Assembly: GCF_009834535.1 (NCBI RefSeq)
Contig: NC_045696.1
Location: 80,230,001-80,294,000 of the forward strand
Direction of reading: 5' to 3'
DNA: 64,000 nucleotides
DNA from: Camelus ferus
Lineage: Eukaryota
Position numbers and translations under genes: made by a program. This document shows positions 12,114 through 25,549 of this stretch, in pieces. The notes beneath the pieces are model-generated. The model was not told the origin of the DNA. It did not search any database and was given only the letters and a program-made list of their open reading frames with translations. Numbering within the stretch: the first letter of the stretch is position 1; the number at the start of each line of letters is the position of its first letter.

Positions 12114-15100
12114 ACATGACATAATTATTAGTGTTATTCCCACTTTACATATGAGAAAACTAAAGAAGTCCAGAGGATATGACCATGGGGCCCTAAATCA
12201 AACCCAGGCCCTCCTGTTTACAAAGCCCGTGGCCTTCTTCACTACACCAGATCACTTTCCGGGAATTGAAAGTGCAATAGTTTACTGACCCAGAGAGTGA
12301 CCAGGCTCAACTAACAGTGAGGCATCAAACAGGCTGTTTGTTCACTTCTGAGAGATGAACCTGTGCTAACTTCTCCACCAGCTGTAAAACCCTGCCATGA
12401 CAAAACACTGACAGATGCCAGTAATGCAGAGACTGAAGAGGATTCAGGTGCAATCAGCCTGACCTTTCACACACCAGAAGTCTTCCTTGAGAGATAAAAT
12501 CTACACTTGCTGAATTTTTAAATGATCTTAGAATTGTTAGTATTTTATGAAGAAATAGTCCTCAGTTTGTTTTTTTTTTAGCTCACTGCACTTTGGAAAA
12601 CAAAGACACTTTCAATATGTAGTCATCAGATTCCAGATATCCCCCTTCCTTTGGGTCAGGGTGGAGTCCAGGAAAAAGGGAAGGAAAAGGTGGGGGAGGA
12701 GAGGGGAAAAGGGGAGAGACAGGTTGAGGAGAGGAGAGGAGAGGGGAGGGGAAGGCGGGAAACCTACTGGACTATAATAAATCCGCCACCATAACCCAGA
12801 GTAAATGAGACAGCGGTCCACTTCAGTCTGGATTCAGAGGCAAGCAAAACAACTCATCCCGTGTCTCCACAGGCACGTCTGACAGAGTGATTAACCTTAG
12901 TTCCAGTTGGACATAGTGACCTCCATTAGATAATGGCGGTGCAAACAGATCGTGTGCCTTCATTTCCTGGCCAATTACACAGCCCTATTTTCTTCCGTGT
13001 TCGGTACAAGTGACCTAAAAGCCTTTGAGGCACCAGTCAACAAGGTGTCGAGATACAACCACCCTTCAAAATGTATTCTGTCCTCACTTTTCTCTGTGGA
13101 GAAAATATCCTGCAGCCAGAGGCTGCCGTTTTATAGACAGGCAAAGATTGTTTAGCCAGACTCTTGAGTGCAAAGGAGAAGCCTATTTTCTCTCTGGCAG
13201 TTAACAGTGGAATTTCCTCTTTCAGAGAACAATGGATGTGGTCCATTAACTGAAAATGAGGCAGAACACATTGTACGTGGGGCTCTGTCTACAGTGGACT
13301 TGGTATTTTTGTTTCTGTAGCTTTGTGAGTTTGAAAGTCAAACAAGACTTGTAATTTGGTTACTTTTTAAGTTCAAATACCAATTTTTAAGTTAAAATTC
13401 TATTTGTAAATGTTTGTGAAGACAAGAAAAATTGGGACAGGGTAATTCTCCCCAGAAGACCAACAGTTCTTTCCTGGAGAAAGAGAAATGTTTGAAAAAC
13501 CCACAGAAACATAGGAAGAGCATTGGTGAATTTGGCCAACTTTATAAACATTTACTAAGTGTCAGCTTCATGCTGAAATTGACACAAATGCTCTCTGCCC
13601 TCAAGCATCTCACAGCTGGTCCAGCAGGCGATCGAGGCGTAGTTCTGCCTTCCCACACAGAAAAGGGCCAGGGACTAACTTATTGAGAAGCTGGGCCAGC
13701 CCCAGACCTCCTTTCCCACACCTATATGCTTATCACAGCTTAAAAACAGACTTCCTGGTCTTAGGTTCTCTGCAAGCTTTGCCCGAGACGCTGCCCACTT
13801 GTGGTACCTGGGACCTGGTTTAGGCTGGACTATCACATGGGATGTATTATGGAAACTCCTCACCCTCTCCAGCACATTCCCTTTCCCTGGTTGAACTGTC
13901 AGGCCTGCTATCCAGTGCCAGGGTCTGCCAACAAGGCACCCCCTCCTCCGGGAAGCCCTCTCAGCACCCATACCCGCCCACTCCCTTCCTGCACCAACAC
14001 CTCTGCATGGGGCTCCTGCCAGTCCCTTTATCTCTCTCTTTCCATCCCTTTGTACTGCTTACTTTCTAAGAGCTAGGAACTCAGCTTTGGGAATCAAAGA
14101 CAATAGGATGCCCTCTGACTATTCAGGAGACACTCCTATGACGGAGTCCAACTTATAATAAATTTTACATGCTATAAAGTGTCACAGGTTCCTTGAAAAC
14201 AAAGGGGCAAGGCACAAAACAGGGAGGTGCATATTCTACTGGAATAGGGAGAGTGCTAGAAAAGTGTTCTCCTGTGAGTTTACACTTGAATTGCCTTCTC
14301 CCTCCTCCCATCAAGTAAACCTCCTGGTCCTTTTTTATCATCCACTCAGGGTTCAACTCACTGAACCCATCAGTCTTCCAGGCGGTAGTGCTAATGGCAG
14401 ACAGTCTGGAGGAAGGGGAGGAAACTTCATTCCTATCTCACCTGCACCCTCGGGTTACCCTGAATGCCACACGTCTGTTAGAATCCCACCTTTACAGAAG
14501 AGAAATGTGTATCAGAGAAGTTAACCTGCCTGGCATGGGCACACAGCTCATGAGATCTCCTGAGATGCGTGGCTAAATACGCCTGAACAGTCTTGCAGGG
14601 AGCGCCACCTGATCTTTTCCTCCTCTCCAAGACTGTGGCCCTTCTGCTCTCAAATGGGGAGAGGAGACCGCTGCAGTCAGGGGCCATGGGCATGGCCAGG
14701 TTCAGCCTTATTATGGAAGGCACAGCATGGCGTCCAGGGCTAGGGGCTGGGGGAGGCGAGCACAGAGCTACTTCCTCTTGTCCCGATACTTTCTCTTTTA
14801 CACTCTTCCTGCTTGTACCTCTTTAAACACCCGTTTCTGATTAACAAGCATCATGTTTCTTTACAGTTAGTGTGAAGGGGCCCCTTCTGGAGGCTGTGCT
14901 TCCTGTTCCCTCATTCCCTCTCCTTTCTGAGTTCATCTCAACTTCTGCCCTCTGCGGAGGAGATGGAAGGCCTCACCCCACCCAGCACAGCTCACGAGGG
15001 CTGCCTGGAGGACTGAGCCATGCCCCACCCCTCTATCTGCAATAGCCCTGGGAGCTGGCCCTTGGACTGTGTTAGCCCCTGCCCTCATCTCCATCACATC

Positions 15101-16314
15101 CCACTCTTAACCATCACAAAAAGGCAAGTCTTACTGAGAGCACAGCATCTGATAAGCAACTGCAGCTACAGGCCGAGGGCTCTACTCATCCCCCGCTGTG
15201 CTGTGCTCATCAAAGACCGCAGAAGCCACTTTACAGAAAAGACTTCAGGCACTTCTAGCCTCAACACCCCTGCTTTGTCACCTGCAAGAAGGCCTTTTTT
15301 TCCTGTTTGATAGAGCAGTTGATGGTGTTATTATTTATTCTTCCCACTCAAAAAGAACTCCCCTCATTCATTCACCCACCTACTTACCCAAGATTCATTG
15401 GTAGGGAAACTGTACTTCCCAGCTTTCCCAGAATGGGTCTTAGATTATGCTTTCGGTTTCAGCATAGTTATAAATGGTACCCCCTTTTCTGACCAAGGGC
15501 AACCCAGTTTGGGAGATAAATTACTTGGTCACTCTATGTATTGAGTACATAATCGGTCACTGTGATAGATCCTAATGACGTGATGGTACATAAAACAAGG
15601 TTTCTCCCTCTTGGGATCTCACAAACTCAAGAACCTTATCTGTAGGTTGCATTTTTCTCTTCCTGGTGCCTCAGCCCTGGTTAATCAGTGTCTCTGTGGC
15701 ATTCTCTCACCCCCTTTCTCCCTCAGTGTCCCACAAGAACACAGGGGACCCTTCAGAGCCCCTTGTGGATACATACTACATTTCAGTGTCTCGTGGAGAC
15801 ATTCCTGTGTGGTCCTTCCATGTCCTGCATGGGCCTGTTTGCCCCTCCATTACCCACATAGATGTTCTGATGTGCTTCATAAATGTCTCCTGTGAACAGT
15901 TCTGTGTGCCTCTTCAGTGTCCAGTTGGACCAGTGTTTTCCTTGTGTCTCATGTGGCTGCCACTTTGTACCCATCCACTGTCCCAAGTGCATATTCCTGG
16001 GGGCCCTTCTAGTGTTGCATGTGGACCTATGAATACTCCTTCAGTAATGCATCCTTCACCAGTGGTGTCCAACTTGAAGGTCCTGAAGAGCGCCCGAGTA
16101 GCAAGGGGTCCTGGGGTGCATATGTGTGTAGAGGAAATTTTGTCAATGGTTGATAAGGGCTCCTCTTATTTAAGAATATTCTGCCTCAGAGCCAGCTGGC
16201 AAATTTGTTTAAAAAAAAAAAGTAGATTCCTAGACTTCATTCTAGACCTACTAAATCTGAATTACTAGAATTTGAATTTGAACCTACGGATTTTCATTTT
16301 AAATATATTCCATG

Positions 16315-16660
16315 ATGCTGTGGTCTCAATGTGTGTCTCCCACATTCATATGTTGAAGCCTAATACATAATGGCGTGGTATTAGGAGGTGGGCCTGTGGG
16401 AGCTGCTTAGGTCATGAAGGCAGCATCCTCATGAACGGAATTAGTGCTTTTATTAAACGAGGTTCAAGAGAGCTCTCTCCCCAAGTAGGGGGCCACCACA
16501 AAAGACCCCTGTTAGGGCAATACTCAGCAGAGTCATGAAGGTGGGGTCCCCCCCTCTGCTGCCCCAAACAGGTAGCACCGCCAACATTGCGATGGAAGCT
16601 TCAGGCAGAGAGCCCCAACAGGGACAAGGCCACCCAGAGCCTTGACAGCCCAACCTCTGT
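16315..16660. mobile_element. MaLR (MLT1/MST-like) LTR and internal fragments inside a MER5-like element
   Basis: tgctgtggtctcaatgtgtgtctccc..attcatatgttgaagcctaa is a MaLR LTR start; MER5-like flanks at 16190-16315 and 16690-16745. Confidence 0.6.
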
Positions 16661-17029
16661 CCCAGTGGATCCAGAAGATACTGGATTTTAATTGGTGTTT
16701 TAAAAGAATGATTTTGAGGTGCATCTTGGCTTGAGAACCACCAGTTTGGCCCTACTCTTTTCTATCATCTCTCCTCTCTATGAAATATCTTCTCTTTTTC
16801 TTCATAATGAAATTCTGACTTTTTTTCTTTTATCCATCCATATTCTCCATGTTCCATGAAGTTCTCTTCCTCAGAGGAAGCTAATCCCATTCTTGACTGC
16901 AGGAGTTATTTCTCATTGTTAATTAATGCTTATTGTTATAAGGACAATCGCAGAATCTTTAGGAAAGAATATGTAATCAAGATAATGAATAGCATATCAC
17001 ACACACATATATATGCATACACGCACATA

Positions 17030-17960
17030 CAAAAGTCAACTAATCAATATGATTAGTCATTAGGGAAATGCAAGATAAAATCGTAATGAGACATTTCACA
17101 TCAACTTGAGCAGCTATGATTGTAAAAACTGGCAATATCAAATGTAGGTGAGGATATGGGTGGGGCAACTGAAACTCTCATACACTACTTACGAGACTGA
17201 GAAATGCTGTAACCACTTTGCAAGACTGCTGGCAGTTTCTTAAAAAGTTAAACACATAGGCTGCGACCAGAAGTTATATTATCAGGCATTAACCCAGGGA
17301 AAAGCTTTCGTGCAAAAAGACTTGTACAAAATCATTCAAAGCAGCTTTATTCATGGTTACCCAAAGCTGAAAACAATTGTAAGGGCTGTCAACAAGAGAA
17401 TGGATAAACAAATTATGGAATACTACTCATCAATAAAAGGGAACTACTAACACATGAGAAATAGGATAAATCTTAGAAACATCATATTAAGAATAAAAGG
17501 GCAGAAAGTGGTAGCTTTGGGTGGGGCGGAGTTTTAACTGGAAAGATGCATAAAGGAGCTTTCTAAAGTAGTGAAAATATTCCATGTTTTGTTTTGAGTA
17601 GCATTACATAGATGTATACAAGTCATTCAACACTTACCTAACAGAACATCTAAATCTGTGTGTTTGTTTTAATGCCAATTATATCACACACAAATGCACA
17701 CACCCACACCTAACACAAACACACACACACACATTTTGTTCCTTTTGTTGGCTAAAACAAGCCAAACACAAAAAAGAATACATACTGTATGATTCAATTT
17801 AAATAAAGTCCTAAGCTGGAAATTAATGCACAATGATAGAATTCAGAAATAGTTTCCATGGAGATGGAGTAAAGAGTGACTGGAAAAGGATGCAGGATAA
17901 TTTTCTGAGGCCGTCACATTGGTTTATATCTTGACTGGCATGATAGTCACACAATTTCAT
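17030..17960 (+). mobile_element. Ancient L1M fragments
   Basis: tagtcattagggaaatgcaa, gaatggataaacaaattatgg, catactgtatgattc motifs. Confidence 0.7.
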
Positions 17961-17971
17961 ATCCAAACTCA

Positions 17972-18377
17972 CTGTCCTTTGTGTGTCAACTTGGCTATAT
18001 TGGCCAGATATTCAGTTAAACATTGTTCTAGATATTTCTGTCAAAGTGTTTTTTGGATGAAATTAACATTTAAATTGGTGGACTTTGAGTAAAGCAGATT
18101 GCCCTCCATTATGTGGGCAGGCCTCATCCAATAAGTTGAAGGCCTTCATAGAGCAAAGACCGTCCTCTCCGCACAAGAAGGCGTTCTACCCACCAGTGGC
18201 CTTCAGACTCAAACTGCAACAATAGCTCTTCCCTGGGTCTCCAGCCTGCCAGCCTACCCTGCAGATTTTGGACTTGCCAGCCTCCTTCCATAATTACATG
18301 AGTAAATTCTTTAAAATAAATCTCTATTTATGCACATCCTATAGGTTCTGTTTTTCCAGAAAACCCTGACTAATACA
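17972..18377 (+). mobile_element. MLT2 (ERVL) LTR
   Basis: gtgtcaacttggct...gagtaaagcagattgccctcc...accctgactaataca. Confidence 0.85.
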
Positions 18378-18515
18378 ACTCTAATACTGAAAATCTGCAC
18401 ATTTTATTATATGTTAACCTTATTAGAGTTGAAAAAAGAGATGCAGAAGGATTGAGAATGTGCAGGAGAAGCATGTCTTTCTCACTTTGAGAGATGAACA
18501 AGAAAGCATATAGTC

Positions 18516-18610
18516 TGGGGGAGGGTATAGCTCAATCGTAGAACCTAATGGTGAATTATTAGAAGGCATGAGGTCCTGGGTTCAATTCCCAGTATCTCCA
18601 TTAAAAAAAA
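18516..18610 (+). mobile_element. tRNA-derived SINE (Vic-1-like)
   Basis: ggggagggtatagctca A-box, gggttcaattccc B-box, A tail, imperfect TSD atatag(t/c)ct. Confidence 0.8.
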
Positions 18611-18759
18611 TGATATAGCCTGATGACAAATTGAAATTATAATGCAGTCATCATAGTCATCACCTGAATTGTATACAAAAATGAAGTCAGGTGGCCACTG
18701 GGGACCTAGTCTCAGACACAGCTCTGTGCCACTGGAACTTGAACTTTCTTTGAGCTGTG

Positions 18760-19096
18760 CAGACCAAGGATGCCAACAGGCATATTCAGAACAACACCTG
18801 CCAGCTGCAGCCTTCTAGTCTCAAGGTCTCCCCTTGTAACTATGCAACCGTAAGGATCCTAACCAATCCTTACTTTAAAAGCACACCTTACTTCTTCCTA
18901 ATTATAATTCTTGATAAACAGCTCATAACTGCAGCCTTACAGTTTTTGCCTTAATAAGCCTCCTCCATTTTGTAGTCTGGTGGAATGCAATTCAAGTGCT
19001 TCTTGAATCTAAGTCTCCTGGGCTGCAGTCCTAACAAACCCCAAATACACACCTTTACATTTCAATGAGGTCTCTGTTTCTAAAATTTTGGTTAAT
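18760..19096 (+). mobile_element. ERV1 LTR 3' portion (MER34-like)
   Basis: gcagtcctaacaaaccccaaata...aaattttggttaa; shares a motif with 21050-21376. Confidence 0.55.
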
Positions 19097-19129
19097 GAGC
19101 CTCAGTTTCTGTGGCATTTGTTACATAGC

Positions 19130-19466
19130 TGTCTTAGTCCATTTGGGGTACTATAACAGAATACCACACACTGGGCACAGTTCTGGTGGCTGGGAAGTCC
19201 AAGATCAAAGCACCAGCATGGTCACATTTTGGTGCAGACCCTTGTCATGTTCAGATTCCACAACTTCTCTCTGTGTCCTCACATAGAGAAAGAGGCTAGG
19301 GAGCTCCGTGAGATCTCTTTTAAAAGAGCACTAATCTCACTCATGAGGGCCCCACCATCATGACCCAATCACCTCCCAAAGGCTGTATCTTCAAATAGCG
19401 TCACATTTAGGGGCTAGGATTTCAACATTTAAATTTGCAGGGGACACAAATATTCAGACCACAGAA
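19130..19466 (-). mobile_element. MLT1 (MaLR) LTR
   Basis: tgtcttagtccatttgg...ggctgggaagtccaagatcaa...ggggacacaaatattcagacc. Confidence 0.85.
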
Positions 19467-20289
19467 ATAACTCTGAGGGGAGCAGCCTTACCATAAAGCC
19501 AGACTGTGGAAGAGTGTGAGGATAAAAGAACCTGTCTGCACAACACTGTGGGTTTCCAGGGTTAAGCACTGAGGAAGCCACCCTACATCTAGATACAATG
19601 CTAGGTGAGCTGATAACTTCTGGTGTTTGAAGTAGATATTTATCTTGTGCTTTAGCTCCCTAACCTCCTTCCTGTGTTAGGAGTCCCCCACTTTGTGGAT
19701 AACCCACTTCTCACTAGAGAAGCTGAGAATTTCAGAACCTTCTCATTCACCTTTGAAATTAGGGTACAACATACTCTAGACTCCACCAAAGAGATGCATA
19801 AACACACACATTAATCAGAACCTAATGGTGAATCATTAAGTTTCACAGAGCTAAGGCAGAGGCTGAGCATTTTTGTTCTGTGGGTTTTGATCAGTAGCCA
19901 GTGTTCAGTTCCCAGAAATAGCAGTATCACTGACTCAAGTAGCAGCATCTGATGTCTAGTGTAGCATGTGCATATCCTGTGGTGTGCATATCCTGTCGTG
20001 GTAGTAGCCATATTGCTACCAGAATGACTGCGGGGATAGATTTTGGCGATCTTGGATTTGACAGCTTCAAACCTAAGTTTCCAGCAAACCCCACCCCTAC
20101 CAAGATACTAGCTATCCAATAGCCTTTTACTAAGTTGCTTTTTATGTTTCAATTTGTCTGAATTGGCTTTGGTTGCTTGACACTGAAACCCCAACTGAAA
20201 TTTTTTGGAAGCTCTTTTAAGCAGCATTCTCTGTTCACTGCAGCTGAAAGTATTCTCAGTGATGCCCAGTCCTATGATCTGTTAATCAT

Positions 20290-20720
20290 CCAGTGCTACA
20301 ATAATGCTCTGTGGTCCCAAACTCAGTGGATTAAAACAACAATTATTTATTCTTGTTCACTTGTCTGTGGGTTGCCTGAGAATCAGCTGATCTAGGCTGT
20401 GTTCAGCTGACCTTGACCCCAAAATGTAAACTGAGTCTAGCTCAGCTCCATATATCTCTCATCCGCCTTGGACTACCCAGGGCTTGTCTTCTTATGGAAA
20501 TGACAGTAGTCAAGATAGCAAGACCAGCTGTGCAGTTATAATTCAAGCCACCTTGTGTTAGGTCTACTAACATTCCAATGGCCAAGTTCCACAACCAAGC
20601 CCAACATCTGTAAAGCAGGGAAACATTCTATGCTGAGAAGAACTGCAAATCACGTGGCACAGGGCATGAATAGAGGATGAAATAAAGAATTGGGAACAAT
20701 AATGAAATCTACATCAACCT
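20290..20720 (-). mobile_element. Older MLT1-type LTR
   Basis: ccccaaactcagtgg-like start, aacattccaatggccaa...gcagggaa motifs. Confidence 0.6.
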
Positions 20721-21049
20721 ACACCCCATCCCTAAAGCCCCCAAAACCCAAGTGTTAGCTAATGGCTGGTGCTAGTTTAACAGTTTCTGTTTTATACCTA
20801 TTGAAGTCTTGTCAGAAGAGGTCTTGGATACACTGCCTTCAGGTAAAGAAATGAATGTCCATTACATCTGCATGATCAGGCAATGAGAGAACAAAAAGTA
20901 AAAGTGATCACACTGTTAAGGATCTAACGACACATCATGTAAAAATTAAAATGGAGTAACTATGGTTCTCCATCGTGGATGAGGTTTCAGACACCTTCTT
21001 GCATCACTCAGAATTTGAATTTTCTTGACTGTATCAAACTCAAGGACAC

Positions 21050-21376
21050 CACCAGCCATTTTCAAAACAGTATCTGCTAGCAGCTGCATCCCACGCCCTT
21101 CCCTCGCCACCCCAACTATGTAATCATTTGGAATACCAACTACTCCTTGCTTAACAAGCACCATTACTTCTTGCCAGCTCTAATCCTAATTCTAGACAAA
21201 TAAATTATGTAACCTTGTGGGTTTCTGCCTCCCCCATTTTGTGGTCCAACTGAACACAATTAATGTGTTTCTTGGATTTGTGTTTCCAGGGCAGCAGTCC
21301 TAACAAACCCCAAATAAACACTTTATTTTTTTTTTTCAGTCTCAGCCAGGTCTCCATTTTGAAATTCTTAGTTAAC
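21050..21376 (+). mobile_element. ERV1 LTR 3' portion (MER34-like)
   Basis: gcagtcctaacaaaccccaaataaacac...cttagttaaca terminus with AATAAA. Confidence 0.6.
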
Positions 21377-21738
21377 ACCCCTTAGTAAATCCTATTGCTT
21401 GATTGATAAGGAAATGAATGCTTGGTCAAAATGTAACTTAGTCAAGGTTATACAGCTTGAAAATGTCAGAAGAATGAATATACATCAGTATATTTTAGAT
21501 AGACATCAATATAACAACAGAATGCACATTGATTTACTCCCAGGTAAATGCCTCTGACCCTTAGCTAGTTTACTTACATTATATTGAGGCAGAAAGTTTT
21601 CTGTATTTCTCAAATCATTTATTCCTCCCTCCATCCTATACCAGATATAAGATTGGATAGAGGTTTTGGACACCTCTGCCCACCCACCCACACTCCACCA
21701 CTCAAAATGCTGCTGACTCAGGCTAGAAATCTCATAGG

Positions 21739-22215
21739 TGTTAGTGAGAGACTGGCTGGGATCTGGGGCCCTTTACTGCAGTGTTTGCACCTTGACAAAT
21801 GTCATCCTGAGCAACAGAATACAAAGAAATGATAAGGGACTAAAAATAACTGCATGCAAGCACAGTTGGGGCAAATTATGAGCAACAAGATACAAAAAGA
21901 TCAAAGCCCAACTGCCACTTCTGAGGAGCAAAAACAGGGTACTGGGCAGGATCCCTGCACACAGCACCACCAAGGGGATGGGCAGACCATCTAAGCCACC
22001 CCTCAGGTTCAACCACAGATCCACCCCTACCCTCACTTCATTTAAGGGACCAGCTCACATTGCCCCCAACTTGGAGAGCAAGCAGGGGTATCTGTTATTT
22101 GTTTTTGTTCCCTCATGCTGCGGCACGAGTCCCAGTAAAGCCTTGCCTGAATTCCTCACCTGGCCTCTTAATAATTTCTATTAATTAAAGAGTCCAAGGA
22201 CCTGGGTTGGTAACA
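21739..22215 (+). mobile_element. Solo ERV1 LTR, resembling artiodactyl MER41-like LTRs
   Basis: Ends ggtaaca; agtaaa/attaaa polyA-type hexamers; family from memory; 5' end approximate. Confidence 0.7.
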
Positions 22216-24045
22216 TCAAGGCAACTCAGGGCCCAAACTGATGCAGCAAACTGCTGCCAGATGAATCTTCTTGAGCAATACAAGGTGTCTGTGTCTTAAT
22301 TACAAATACACTGGAAATTATAGCTTTTATAATAAAATCCTTATATGAGAGAGAAAATTTTTTAAATCTTTACAAATCTTTATAGGACACTCAGTAGCAA
22401 CAGCTTCTGTTTTTGCTTTCTAATTAAAGGCAAACAGAGCTAAATCTCTGTAAAATTAGGTGTGGGAAATAATGAACCTTTTAAAGAAATTCCCTAGATG
22501 GGCAGGTAAGGCAATATGGACTGAGTGATGAAGGTCTGAGACTTTGTTTGAAGACAAAAGGAAGATTTTGATGAGTGTTAAGTAGTGGAGGACCATGATC
22601 TTATTCACAACCTCCTTCGCAGGCCTATGAGAGGGCTCTGAGGGCCCTGAGAGCTGTTTCCCTTGGACTTCACATTCACAAAGAACCTCCAAAGGAAAGT
22701 TTGATGTTATCTCCATATAAACTTAGACATACAAGCCAGCATTTTCTTCTATGTTAAAAGCATTGATTTACTAAAATTATTATTTAAAATATACCATAAT
22801 TTGTGAAACCCTATTTAACCTTTTCTTCATATTTGGGGGAACGTTTGGAGCCTCAAAAGATACAGGGGGCTGGACCTCCCCTGCCTCCTGCAACCCCTCT
22901 AACCTCCTCGACCCCTTCCCTTCTCCCCTGACCTGGCCACAATGGGCCTCTTCTTCATATTTCAGGATCTTATTTTTCTCGTTGACCCCACGATAAGGAT
23001 GCTGACTTCCAGAACAGTTAACATCGCTTTGTTGGTCTTTCCTGCCTTTAACACGTATCATAACCATAATTCTATTTCCAGTCTATAAGAAAGTTGTTAA
23101 CACAACTTTTCTTTGAAAGTCTTACCTTTCTTTGCTGTCTCCCATTTCTTCTCTCTTCCCTGCCTGGCTATGACTTACGCCTTCTAGTTATGTCACTCAT
23201 CTTTCTCATTCACTCCAGGATGTAGAGTTTGTAAGTATGGTTAAAAAGTGTCAGATTCACATAACATCTAAAACTTTTAAGACGGAAAAAAATGCTTCCT
23301 TGGCACTTCACCTGTGTCCCAAAGGAGCTTACGTTTTAAAATCTGACATTTTGACAGAGGCAAAACTAGGATTTGAAAAATACTTTTCTTAAAGGTGGAT
23401 AGTTGGTTCACATACATCTAGAAGTCCAGGGTAGGAAATGATGGTTTAGTGGTGATGAGTGGGGCCTGACTGAACCCAGCAGGGGCTGGGGCTCACCCTA
23501 GACCAGGCATCCCAAACTTTAGGTTCCAAGGGATCAGTGCTTGCTAAAATGCAGATTCCTAAGCCCGCGGCCAGAAACTCTAATTCAGTGGATCTAGAAT
23601 AGTCAGGAAATGCTGAACAAGATATAGGGACCCTATATATAGCTGCATATACTATATAGTATATGTATGGCTCCTAATGGCTGGGAGATCTTGGGCGGGT
23701 CCTGATTCTGAGGGTAATTAACTGTGTGACCTCGGCAGGCAAATTAACTTCCCTGAGCCCCTGTTTCCTAGTTGGTAAAAAAGGGTTAGTAAGCATGAGA
23801 CATAGAACATGATGGAATTAATATTTTGGAAAACATCGATGTTTTACTCCTCTGCCTTCGAGTGTGTTAATTACTCCCTACCTCTCCGGACTGACCCAAG
23901 GGTGTATATCTATGTCTGTATCTGTATCTATAGCTCCAATTTCCTTGGTAGAGGTGGAATAGGGGTAGGAATAGGATGGGAGCAGATGGGGAGATTATAA
24001 TTTGTTCCAGAGAACAAAGGAATTTATATTCAGAATCTGACATTC

Positions 24046-24172
24046 GGTGGGGAGGGTATAGCTCAGTGGTAGAGCACGTACTTAGCATGTAGGACACCCT
24101 GGGTTCAATCCCCAGTACCTCCATCAAAGTAAATAAATAATTAAACCTAATTATCTCCCACCCCCACAAAAA
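24046..24172 (+). mobile_element. tRNA-derived SINE (Vic-1-like)
   Basis: A-box tagctcagtgg, B-box gggttcaatccc, 14-bp TSD agaatct(g/c)acattc at 24032-24045 and 24173-24186. Confidence 0.92.
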
Positions 24173-24199
24173 AGAATCTCACATTCAAAAGAAGATTAT

Positions 24200-24515
24200 G
24201 CAGCAAAACAATAGCTATGAGAGAGTATTTCTCCTTTCCTTTACCCACTCCCCACCTTCTCCCCTCCCCTCACAGTAGCATAAGAAAACTCAAGTATGGA
24301 AGTTTCAAGTCTCCAAAATTCTCTTATGGTTTAGAAAACAGCCCTTCTGCCTGTGGCAGCTGGGCCATGAGGCTTGGAGCTCTATGGCAGACGGAGGCTA
24401 TGTTAGGGAAAATTAAAGTCCCAGCCCCCTGTGGCTGAGGGGATGATAGAAAGGAGAGAGAGCAAGTAGGACTTTGGTGAGTGAAGAGAAGGGGGTGCAT
24501 AAATGCTGGGGGCAG
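24200..24515 (+). promoter_or_regulatory. Remnant of the ancestral TNFSF10 upstream promoter, including kB-like TGGAAGTTTC (24297-24306)
   Basis: Colinear blocks (tggaagtttca, tttagaaaacag, ggccatgaggctt, tatgttagggaaaa, tggctgagg, ggtgagtg, ggggtgcat) match my recollection of the human TRAIL proximal promoter; not aligned. Confidence 0.7.
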
Positions 24516-25069
24516 TGGGGGGGGGTGTCCTGTAACGGGTCCCCTTCAATATCCAACATCCCCAACACAATTTCCCAAAACTGGGGCAACAGATGAAGAC
24601 CAGATTAATTAATTAATGCTGCTCAGGCAGCAACACTTTTCAACAGATTTCTTGGTGACTTTAATGTGCATTAGGCTGAGAACCACTGGATCAAGAATTA
24701 AACAGAATGAACATTTAAGTACCCCCACTCTACTTCTTAACATGAAGCCCTTGGGAGAATAAACGGGTTAATTATAGAAGCTAGTATTTCTCGGCTTACC
24801 TGAGCATTGTGTGGATTCATTTGTCACACCAACATACAAAGGAAAATTCTATAAACTCTAAAGAGCTCTCCTCTGGAAATGTTTGTTGTAGTCCAGAGTA
24901 GAAAAGTTATCTAGGAACCTGGGAAATGAAAATAGATGAAGGTTTTAGCTGAAGTGACGACAGCAGAAGTGAATGTTTGCTCTCTCATAAAGTAGATTTT
25001 TTTCCCTTAAATCAAAGGAGATGAGCCAGTCCAACAAAACCACTTTCTTAAGTAGCTGATTACCCTGGT

Positions 25070-25265
25070 GTTAGAATGAGTGAGGTTAGAATCCTGGACC
25101 TGCCCTTACTAGCTATGTGACTTTGGACATTTTACATAGTTTCTCTAAGCCTCAGTGTTTTAGTGAGCAAAGTGGGCGTTATTACATAGTCTCCCTCCAC
25201 AGGGTTGCTGTGAGGGAAGAAAACCTGCATTACATGCTTGGTGCTTGGGTAGGGCTGTTATGAGC
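25070..25265 (+). mobile_element. MIR
   Basis: aatcctggacctgcccttactagctatgtgactttgg...ctaagcctcagt core. Confidence 0.75.
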
Positions 25266-25549
25266 CCCTTTATTTAAGAATTTTGTTGGAATTCTTAAAA
25301 GCAGAGAGACCTAGGCTCTGCGGTGGACCTACAGCATAAGAACGCCCAGGGGTGTACTTTTAAAAGCCATGCAGGCGGTTTCCCTGCGCAGAAGGATGGT
25401 TCTGGAGCAGTGGCTCTTGGATTTCAGCACGCGTCAGCCTCACTTGGAGGACTTGCTGGGCCTGTCCCCCGAGTTTCTGATGCAGGAGGGCTGGGGTGGG
25501 GGCCCAAGCTCCCAGGGGCCACACTTGGAGAGCTGTTGCTCTAGATAAG

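Noticed and set aside
15666..16268. 200-aa ORF
   Set aside because: Non-ATG start, no recognisable domain, runs into a MER5-like repeat.
23646..23665. Perfect 20-bp palindrome catatactatatagtatatg
   Set aside because: Low-complexity TA-rich sequence with no supporting context.
24046..24172. tRNA gene (also 18516 and 37321)
   Set aside because: A/B boxes come with an AT-rich tail and TSDs, so these are SINEs.
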